This document shows positions 1-5,764 of a DNA stretch of 64,000 bases, piece by piece; the stretch's first letter is position 1; each line of letters opens with the position of its first letter. The notes beneath the pieces were generated by a model. That model saw only the letters and a program-made list of their open reading frames with translations, searched no databases and was not told the origin of the DNA. The DNA lies in the IMG/VR virus record IMGVR_UViG_2974518066_000001, positions 66,139 to 130,138 of that record; one strand, 5' to 3'. The stretch comes from a virus. Its lineage: Duplodnaviria; Caudoviricetes. The translations under genes and the position numbers were made by a program.

Positions 1-71
1 TTACGAACCCGTCTTGACCTCCTAAAGGGAACGGAATAGCTCTCCGTCATCACCGAAGAAGGAGACGAGAA

Positions 72-440
72 GTGGCAAATGATTCTGCACCGAAGAGAGC
101 TAAGCCGAGGGCGGGCGCCAAGACCGCCCCGGCTGCGCCCAGCTTCACCAAGGATCAGGTCGTGATCGAGGATATGGAAGCGCCCAACCGAGGTGCTGCG
201 GTCCTTGCCGAAGAGATTTGGCCATTCGGTCTTCTCAAGCCCTCGGTCATTGGCGAAAACGGGAAGCTGACAGGGCCGTCTTTCTTCATTCCGGATGTGG
301 ACGTTGGTGAGAAGGCGCTGTCGTCGGCGCGGAAGCGCTACAAGGTCGATAAGATCAAGTTCACCTCGCGCAAGATGGTGGGGAAGGGGCCTGACGGGGT
401 TGAGTGCGAAGGCCTTCGCATCTGGCGGATGCCGGATTGA
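72..440 (+). CDS. hypothetical protein
   Basis: ORF with AAGGAG RBS upstream; TTGACC promoter-like site at 14. Confidence 0.7.
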   Translation: MANDSAPKRAKPRAGAKTAPAAPSFTKDQVVIEDMEAPNRGAAVLAEEIWPFGLLKPSVIGENGKLTGPSFFIPDVDVGEKALSSARKRYKVDKIKFTSRKMVGKGPDGVECEGLRIWRMPD

Positions 441-471
441 TAACTTTTTCATGAGCAATGTCGATTTTAAG

Positions 472-500
472 TTGACATTCGTGAAAAACATCTCTATTAG
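472..500 (+). promoter_or_regulatory. sigma70 promoter of tRNA operon 1
   Basis: TTGACA-N17-TATTAG. Confidence 0.75.
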
Positions 501-503
501 CAC

Positions 504-777
504 AAACACCGGCGAGGGGAACCTTGTCGGTGTTTCTGTCTCCACGGTTTTCCGAGGGGCAGGGAGGGCCGTTGAACGGGCCGAGGAGTAAGCGCCGAGC
601 TTGGGCGCTGAAAGCCAGTCCCGGATACGGTTTCGCAGTTGTAGTCCGAGCATAGCTTCGAGCTGGTGACAGAAGGATGGGCGCTGGATTAAGCACCCAG
701 CGTTTCCGGAATTACCACGAGAAGAACTAGCCCGCTGCGAAGGTAAGCTGACCTGTCACGCGGTAAGTCGTGGTTTC
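504..777 (+). ncRNA. unassigned structured RNA at the head of tRNA operon 1
   Basis: 14-bp hairpin with GGAA loop, several further stems, GTGACAG/CTGTCAC long-range pairing; no credible ORF. Confidence 0.55.
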
Positions 778-779
778 AT

Positions 780-857
780 CTGGGTGTAGCGCAGTCCGGT
801 TAGCGTGTGCGGTTCGGAGCCGTGAGGTCGTAGGTTCAAATCCTACCATCCAGACCA
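780..857 (+). tRNA. tRNA-Pro(CGG)
   Basis: cloverleaf, loop TT-CGG-AG, encoded CCA. Confidence 0.92.
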
Positions 858-865
858 TTTTCAGT

Positions 866-943
866 GCCAGTGTAGCTCAGCCCGGTAGAGCAGGAGGCCC
901 ATACCCTCTTTGTCGGTGGTTCAAATCCACCCGTCTGGCACCA
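866..943 (+). tRNA. tRNA-Met/Ile2(CAT), atypical
   Basis: loop CC-CAT-AC (C33), bulged acceptor stem, CCA. Confidence 0.8.
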
Positions 944-950
944 GTTCTTA

Positions 951-1089
951 GAGGTAACGCCGGTTCGAGCCCGGCTCGCCCGCCCAGCTGGTGATCGTCT
1001 AGTTTCGTAGGACGCCTCGCAAGGGAAACGTCGGTTCAAATCCGGCCCGCCCGTAGTTTAGGGTGGTCGTCTAGTGGTTAGGACGCCCT
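951..1089 (+). ncRNA. tandem circularly permuted tRNA-like modules (YrlA/Y-RNA-like architecture)
   Basis: two units of T-arm, loop-closed acceptor stem, D-arm, closed by GAGG/CCTC and AGGG/CCCT. Confidence 0.65.
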
Positions 1090-1131
1090 GTAATTCGGTC
1101 CAGGTATCCGTCAAATCGGATGGACCAGCGG

Positions 1132-1206
1132 TGGGGATTAGCTCAGCGGTAGAGCAGCCGTTTTACATGCGGCCGGTCGGCGGTTCGATCCCGTCATCCC
1201 TAACCA
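1132..1206 (+). tRNA. tRNA-Val(TAC)
   Basis: cloverleaf, loop TT-TAC-AT, CCA. Confidence 0.92.
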
Positions 1207-1208
1207 AC

Positions 1209-1283
1209 GCCTCGTTAGCTCAGCGGTAGAGCGCTGCTATGACATGGCAGATGACGGTGGTTCAAACCCATCACGAGGCACCA
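1209..1283 (+). tRNA. tRNA-Val(GAC)
   Basis: cloverleaf, loop AT-GAC-AT, CCA. Confidence 0.92.
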
Positions 1284-1287
1284 TTTT

Positions 1288-1555
1288 GAGACCCGAGGTA
1301 AAGGGATGTGAGGCGTGCAAGAGCCACGCGCTTTAGAAGCCCTGATCCTTGCGACGGTAGGCTCACGTCGCACCAGTTAGACCAAATCCGTGGCGGATGC
1401 TGCGGCCACCCGCGAGAGTGCGGTAACACCGGAAGGCCAGAGGGCGGTGGCGGTTAGTTATTCGAGGTTGGGCCTGTCGGACGCGGCAGGTAGGAGATCG
1501 CATAGCCCGGCTGTTAACCGGCGGTCCTATACGGACGTGTGAAGCTCCACCCAGC
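1288..1555 (+). ncRNA. unassigned structured RNA containing a tRNA-Asn anticodon stem-loop copy
   Basis: multiple hairpins; GCCCGGCTGTTAACCGG also present in tRNA-Asn. Confidence 0.5.
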
Positions 1556-1630
1556 GGGGATGTAGCTCAGAGGTAGAGCACCCGTTTTGCAAGCGGAAGC
1601 GCGTCGGTTCGACTCCGACCATCTCCACCA
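1556..1630 (+). tRNA. tRNA-Ala(TGC)
   Basis: cloverleaf, G3:U70, CCA. Confidence 0.93.
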
Positions 1631-1764
1631 GTTTAGGACGGCGAGTGGCCCGGTATTGGTCCGGGCATCAAATGGACTGCGGAGCGGGGAACTATCGCCT
1701 ATCCCGCCCGGTCATGCGAGGACAAAATGGAGCGTGGCGCTCCTACTCGCAACGCCACACCTGT

Positions 1765-1846
1765 TTGGTAGTGACAGAGTGGTAATGTGCCCGGCTGTTA
1801 ACCGGTGACCCGAAAGGCGGTGGTTCGATCCCACCCTACCGAACCA
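1765..1846 (+). tRNA. tRNA-Asn(GTT) with long variable arm
   Basis: loop CT-GTT-AA; CC-GAAA-GG variable stem; CCA. Confidence 0.85.
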
Positions 1847-1847
1847 T

Positions 1848-1924
1848 AGCGGTGTAGCTCAGCCCGGTAGAGCAACCGACCGATAATCGGTGTGTCGCAG
1901 GTTCAAATCCTGCCATCGCTACCA
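1848..1924 (+). tRNA. tRNA-Ile(GAT)
   Basis: loop CC-GAT-AA (C33), CCA. Confidence 0.9.
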
Positions 1925-1946
1925 GTTTCTCGAAAGGACCCGACCC

Positions 1947-2453
1947 TTGAAGAAGATGTTCGTGATGGCGGCTGCGGTAGCCTCAATGCTCGTTGCTGCC
2001 TGCGATCGACAGCCTTCTGCTGCCGAGCGCTGCATGGAGGCCAAGAACCCGCAGGAATGCTATCAGGTGGCAAACGCTGGTGGCGACATCAACGATTACC
2101 TGATCGGTGGCCTCGGCGGTTACATGCTGGCGAAGGTCATGAGCGGCGGGCGGCAGCAGACCGTCATCGTGCAGAACCCGAATTATCATGGGCCGCGCCG
2201 ATACGTCCCCAGCTACGCTTCCAGCCGTCAGCGCGTCCTCAACGGACAGGTCAAGACGGTCAGCACCACGACCACGAAGCGCGGCCTGTTCGGGTCGAAG
2301 ACCACCACCACGACCAAGACTTTCGGCTCCAAGCCTGCCAGCTCGTGGGGCTCTTCCTACTCGAAGCCATCCAAGTCTTGGGGCTCGTCGTCCCGGTCCT
2401 TCTCTTCTTCGCGGTCGTCCTTCTCGTCGCGATCTTCGTTCCGGCGCCGCTGA
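1947..2453 (+). CDS. lipoprotein, DUF1190-like, Ser/Arg-rich tail
   Basis: TTG start after AAGGA; lipobox-like LVAAC; Cys pair, GGLGGYMLAK helix, SSR-rich C-terminus. Confidence 0.7.
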   Translation: MKKMFVMAAAVASMLVAACDRQPSAAERCMEAKNPQECYQVANAGGDINDYLIGGLGGYMLAKVMSGGRQQTVIVQNPNYHGPRRYVPSYASSRQRVLNGQVKTVSTTTTKRGLFGSKTTTTTKTFGSKPASSWGSSYSKPSKSWGSSSRSFSSSRSSFSSRSSFRRR

Positions 2454-2488
2454 CAATCTAGGGTTGGTGAATTATTTCACTAACCCTA

Positions 2489-2517
2489 TTGACAGTTAAA
2501 GTAACTTCCGTTACACT
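2489..2517 (+). promoter_or_regulatory. sigma70 promoter of tRNA operon 2
   Basis: TTGACA-N17-TACACT. Confidence 0.85.
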
Positions 2518-2571
2518 CTCCGCATCATGAGCCAATCGGCTCTCATCAGTTTCAGAGAAAAGCTCACCACC

Positions 2572-2631
2572 ATGTTCACCCGGTTTGGAAAACGAGATCG
2601 CCGAGAAGGCGAACGAGGTTTTAGCCTCTAA
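2572..2631 (+). CDS. attenuator leader peptide 1 MFTRFGKRDRREGERGFSL (in-frame upstream ATG at 2527)
   Basis: core made only of K,G,D,E,R,F, matching downstream tRNAs; followed by antiterminator/terminator. Confidence 0.8.
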   Translation: MFTRFGKRDRREGERGFSL

Positions 2632-2668
2632 CCGGTAGTGTGCCTTTTGCTGCCGGTGCTGTTTTAGC

Positions 2669-2744
2669 GGATCGGTAGCTCAGTAGGTAGAGCAGGGGAT
2701 TCTTACTCCCAAGGTGGACGGTTCAAGCCCGTCTCGATCCTCCA
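2669..2744 (+). tRNA. tRNA-Lys(CTT)
   Basis: loop TT-CTT-AC, U73 discriminator, CCA. Confidence 0.88.
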
Positions 2745-2765
2745 AGACAGCATCGGAAGTTTTAG

Positions 2766-2801
2766 ACACCCTACCGGACACCCGGTGGGGTGTTTTCGTT
2801 T
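2766..2801 (+). terminator. intrinsic terminator (attenuator) after first tRNA of operon 2
   Basis: ACACCCTACCGG/CCGGTGGGGTGT stem plus TTTCGTTT. Confidence 0.8.
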
Positions 2802-2816
2802 GCGCTTCTCGGCTTC

Positions 2817-2892
2817 GGGCCGGTAGCTCAGTAGGCAGAGCAGGGGGCTTTTAACCTCAAGGTGGTCGGTTCAAGCCCGACCCGGCTCACCA
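2817..2892 (+). tRNA. tRNA-Lys(TTT)
   Basis: cloverleaf, loop CT-TTT-AA, CCA. Confidence 0.92.
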
Positions 2893-2900
2893 GTTTCAAT

Positions 2901-2975
2901 GCAGGCGTCGTTCAGACGGTAGGACACCTCCTTGCCATGGAGGAGACGCGGGTTCGAGACCCGCCGCCCGCTCCA
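2901..2975 (+). tRNA. tRNA-Gly(GCC)
   Basis: cloverleaf, U73, CCA. Confidence 0.92.
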
Positions 2976-2987
2976 TCATTCACCTTT

Positions 2988-3064
2988 GGTTCTGTAGCTT
3001 AGCTGGTGAAAGCGCCGGGTTGTCAACTCGGAGATCGCGGGTTCAAGTCCCGTCAGAACCGCCA
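2988..3064 (+). tRNA. tRNA-Asp(GTC)
   Basis: cloverleaf, G73, CCA. Confidence 0.93.
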
Positions 3065-3065
3065 T

Positions 3066-3140
3066 GGGGCGTTCGTCTAGCGGACAGGACGCTGGCTTCT
3101 CAAGCCGGAAGCAGGGGTTCGATTCCCCTACGCCTCACCA
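3066..3140 (+). tRNA. tRNA-Glu(CTC)
   Basis: cloverleaf, loop TT-CTC-AA, CCA. Confidence 0.92.
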
Positions 3141-3148
3141 GTTCACAT

Positions 3149-3224
3149 AGCGCCATCGTCTAGCGAGCAGGACACGTTGGCTTTCACCCTTCGGACGCGG
3201 GTTTGAATCCCGTTGGCGCTGCCA
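3149..3224 (+). tRNA. tRNA-Glu(TTC), distorted anticodon stem
   Basis: loop CT-TTC-AC, tandem U.U mismatches, T-loop TTTGAAT, CCA. Confidence 0.75.
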
Positions 3225-3250
3225 GTGAACAGTTATGAAGAGAGTTTCGA

Positions 3251-3325
3251 GCGACATTAGCTCAGCGGTAGAGCGGCGGTTTTCCAGTCCGCGCGTCAGG
3301 AGTTCGATCCTCCTATGTCGCTCCA
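3251..3325 (+). tRNA. tRNA-Gly(TCC)
   Basis: cloverleaf, U73, CCA. Confidence 0.9.
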
Positions 3326-3334
3326 AATTCTCTT

Positions 3335-3410
3335 GGCCCGGAAGCACAACTGGACGTGCGCTCCGCTACGAACGGAAAGGTTGTGGGTTCGAGTCCCACG
3401 CGGGCCTCCA
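3335..3410 (+). tRNA. tRNA-Arg(ACG)
   Basis: loop CT-ACG-AA, CCA. Confidence 0.9.
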
Positions 3411-3415
3411 TTTTC

Positions 3416-3490
3416 GGTGAGGTAGCTCAGAGGTAGAGCGCCGGTTTGAAAAGCCGGGCGTCGGTGGTTCGATCCCGCCTCTCACCACCA
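3416..3490 (+). tRNA. tRNA-Phe(GAA)
   Basis: cloverleaf, loop TT-GAA-AA, CCA. Confidence 0.93.
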
Positions 3491-3497
3491 GAGGTTT

Positions 3498-3854
3498 ATG
3501 CAAGACGAAATCGAACGAAAGCGACGAAACAGCGCGGCCCACTATGCGAGAAATCGGGAGGCCGTAAAGGCTAAGTCGAGGGCAGCAAAGCCTCTACGCC
3601 GAGCTGCCTGTCACCAGTTCGTCCTAGAGTATTTGCTTAATCACCCTTGTGTCGATTGCGGCGAGGACGATCCGATCGTTTTGGAGTTCGACCATCAACG
3701 AGACAAGAGCTTCGCGATTTCTGATGGAGCCCGAGCCGGGTATAGCCTCAAAAAGCTAGAGGCAGAGATCGCAAAGTGTGAGGTTCGCTGTGCCAACTGC
3801 CACAGACGGAAAACCTACCGGGAGCGCGGATTGGAAAATCGCACCATCCATTAA
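3498..3854 (+). CDS. HNH endonuclease
   Basis: CVDCG..LEFDH..CEVRCANCH motif. Confidence 0.88.
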   Translation: MQDEIERKRRNSAAHYARNREAVKAKSRAAKPLRRAACHQFVLEYLLNHPCVDCGEDDPIVLEFDHQRDKSFAISDGARAGYSLKKLEAEIAKCEVRCANCHRRKTYRERGLENRTIH

Positions 3855-3862
3855 AATAGTTA

Positions 3863-3891
3863 TTGACACTAACCTATAGTTCGGTTATCAT
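3863..3891 (+). promoter_or_regulatory. sigma70 promoter of tRNA operon 3 (probably leaderless transcript)
   Basis: TTGACA-N17-TATCAT, ATG 8 nt after the -10. Confidence 0.85.
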
Positions 3892-3898
3892 TCGCACC

Positions 3899-3967
3899 AT
3901 GTTCACACAGACCACCTTGCTTACGCAGTGCCATTATTGGCAACTGCTATCGAGTTCATCCCTCTAA
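3899..3967 (+). CDS. attenuator leader peptide 2 MFTQTTLLTQCHYWQLLSSSSL
   Basis: core made only of S,Y,L,T,H,Q,C,W, matching downstream tRNAs; same start and end context as leader 1. Confidence 0.85.
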   Translation: MFTQTTLLTQCHYWQLLSSSSL

Positions 3968-4001
3968 GGGAGTGGTTCTGACGCGCCACTCCCCGACCTA
4001 C

Positions 4002-4090
4002 GGAGGGTGGCTGCAAGAGGTGCGTAACCGGTCTCGAAAACCGGGCTGGGGTTAGGAGCCCTACGGGTTCGATCCCTGCACCCTCCGCCA
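4002..4090 (+). tRNA. tRNA-Ser(CGA)
   Basis: class II cloverleaf, G73, CCA. Confidence 0.88.
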
Positions 4091-4097
4091 AGTTTTT

Positions 4098-4138
4098 AAG
4101 CGTCTGCGACCACTCGGTCTCAGGCGCTTTTTCGTTTT
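4098..4138 (+). terminator. intrinsic terminator (attenuator) after first tRNA of operon 3
   Basis: AAGCGTCTG-GACC/GGTC-CAGGCGCTT stem plus T-tract. Confidence 0.8.
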
Positions 4139-4154
4139 GGAGATTTTGATTTTC

Positions 4155-4238
4155 GGGAGGGCTGGGCACGAGTGAGCCCACACGCCTGTAAAGCGGACGC
4201 GAAAGCTGTGAGGGTGCAAATTCCCTCACCTCCCACCA
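4155..4238 (+). tRNA. tRNA-Tyr(GTA), atypical
   Basis: loop CT-GTA-AA, variable stem, T-loop TGCAAAT, CCA. Confidence 0.8.
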
Positions 4239-4243
4239 TTATT

Positions 4244-4328
4244 GGCCCGCTGGTGAAATGTAGACGCACTCGCCTCAGAAGCGAGCGACCGAGAGGTCAT
4301 CCCGGTTCAAATCCGGGGCGGGCCACCA
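4244..4328 (+). tRNA. tRNA-Leu(CAG)
   Basis: class II cloverleaf, CCA. Confidence 0.92.
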
Positions 4329-4333
4329 TGATC

Positions 4334-4418
4334 GGGGATGTGGTGAAATAGGTAAACGCAGCGGGTCGAGAGCCCGCCGCCTGATGGCTTGAGGGTTCAA
4401 GTCCCTCCATCCCCACCA
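4334..4418 (+). tRNA. tRNA-Leu(GAG)
   Basis: class II cloverleaf, loop TC-GAG-AG (C33), CCA. Confidence 0.88.
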
Positions 4419-4449
4419 TGATTATCACGCATCTCAGATGCGCCAGAAT

Positions 4450-4523
4450 GCCCGGTTAGCTCAATGGTAGAGCTACGCCGTCGTAACGCGAGGACGAGGG
4501 TTCGATTCCCTCACCGGGCTCCA
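4450..4523 (+). tRNA. tRNA-Thr(CGT)
   Basis: cloverleaf with mismatched anticodon stem, CCA. Confidence 0.82.
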
Positions 4524-4537
4524 TGCAGGTCTCAGGT

Positions 4538-4611
4538 GTGACCGAGGCAGAGTTGGATCATGTGCCGGGTCGTGATCCCGGATACGGCGGGTTCGAGCCC
4601 CGCCGGTCACC
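4538..4611 (+). tRNA. tRNA-His(GTG), no encoded CCA
   Basis: loop TC-GTG-AT (C33), GTGACCG/CGGTCAC acceptor. Confidence 0.82.
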
Positions 4612-4631
4612 CCTAAGCCCTGCAAGGCTAT

Positions 4632-4705
4632 TTCCCGTTCGTTCAATGGTAGGACGCCCGGCTCTGAACCGGGAGATCGAGGTTCGAGTCCTTGACGGGG
4701 AACCA
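4632..4705 (+). tRNA. tRNA-Gln(CTG)
   Basis: U1:A72 cloverleaf, CCA. Confidence 0.92.
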
Positions 4706-4720
4706 GATTTATCCGCACAC

Positions 4721-4807
4721 GGAGAGTTGCCAGAGCGGTAATGGGCTGGCTTGCTAAGCCAAGACAACCTCACGGTTGCGAGGGTTCGATCCCCTCACTC
4801 TCCTCCA
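4721..4807 (+). tRNA. tRNA-Ser(GCT)
   Basis: class II cloverleaf, CCA. Confidence 0.9.
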
Positions 4808-4815
4808 TCATCACT

Positions 4816-4889
4816 GCCGCCTTGGCCGAGTGGCAAGGCTCCGGATTGCAACCCCGGCATCTCCCGTTCGATCCGGGAAGGCGGCTCCA
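4816..4889 (+). tRNA. tRNA-Cys(GCA)
   Basis: cloverleaf, U73, CCA. Confidence 0.9.
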
Positions 4890-4893
4890 TCAT

Positions 4894-4969
4894 ATCTCCA
4901 AAGCATTAAGGGGCGATGCACCGGTCTCCAAAACCGGCAAGCTGGGTTCGAGTCCTAGTGGAGGTGCCA
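4894..4969 (+). tRNA. tRNA-Trp(CCA)
   Basis: loop CT-CCA-AA, G73, CCA. Confidence 0.9.
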
Positions 4970-5133
4970 TATTGCAAAGTCGGGCGTGATGCCCTACATC
5001 CACTCCCGGCTCTCGTCCCTCTTCTCGTGGAGGTTCCGAAAGCCGGTCATGTTAGAAGCGGAACTCGATCTCGATCGTGAGCCACTTCGTGATGAACCGG
5101 AGGATGAGACGGCACATCTCACTTCCTCCAATT

Positions 5134-5165
5134 CGCCGCCGGGTTAATTCCCGGCGGCTTTTTTG
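5134..5165 (+). terminator. intrinsic terminator ending tRNA operon 3
   Basis: GCCGCCGGG/CCCGGCGGC plus T7. Confidence 0.88.
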
Positions 5166-5309
5166 TGCTAATTCGCCTAGAATGATTCGGCAAGGGCGTA
5201 TCTTCTGGTCATTGACTTTTTCGGCATTTTGCTCTATGATCCGGCGTTCTGCATCCGTCTTCGAGGGTGCGTCTCCTCCACATCGTTATCACCCTCACGA
5301 GGACCCATC

Positions 5310-5738
5310 ATGTCCAAGAGCAATTTCCTTGAGAACGCGATTCTGGCCCTGCTGTTCAACGGCACCGGCATCGCCAACCTCGCCGACAACTCGGGCGTCG
5401 CCCCGCTGACCACCCTCTATGTCTCGCTGCACACCAGCGATCCGGGCGAAGCAGGCACGCAGGCCACCAACGAGATCGCCTACACCAACTATGCCCGCGT
5501 CGCCGTCGCCCGCACTGCGGCAGGCTGGCAGGTGACCGGTAATGCCGTGTCCCCGGCGCAGAACATCGACTTCCCGACCGGCACCGGCGGCACCGGCACT
5601 GCCACCCACTTCGGCATCGGCGTGGCGCAGAACGGCGCTGGCACGCTCCTCTACTCGGGCACCATCACTCCGAACATCGTTTGCGGCAACGGCATCACGC
5701 CGCGCCTGAGCACCACGGGCACCATCACCGAGGACTGA
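5310..5738 (+). CDS. virion/tail-fibre-associated structural protein
   Basis: MSKSNFLENAIL..LYVSLHTSDPGEAG..YARVAV pattern typical of phage tail proteins; promoter TTGACT-N17-TATGAT at 5212. Confidence 0.75.
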   Translation: MSKSNFLENAILALLFNGTGIANLADNSGVAPLTTLYVSLHTSDPGEAGTQATNEIAYTNYARVAVARTAAGWQVTGNAVSPAQNIDFPTGTGGTGTATHFGIGVAQNGAGTLLYSGTITPNIVCGNGITPRLSTTGTITED

Positions 5739-5764
5739 TGTGCCTCTCTAACGGGAGGTAATCC

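Noticed and set aside
504-777. RNase P RNA or hammerhead ribozyme identity
   Set aside because: Only fragments (AGTCCGAGC, GAAA after a stem) match; intact RNase P conserved regions and the CUGANGA core are missing
451-780. Third leader peptide for the P/M/V/A/N/I operon
   Set aside because: Short ORFs here are not restricted to those residues, and no terminator follows the first tRNA
770-4989. ORF-track entries overlapping the tRNA arrays
   Set aside because: They are translations of tRNA sequence; only the lipoprotein, HNH and two leaders are credible
4989-5147. 52-aa ORF at the end of tRNA operon 3
   Set aside because: Weak RBS and no recognisable motif; cannot tell it from trailer RNA
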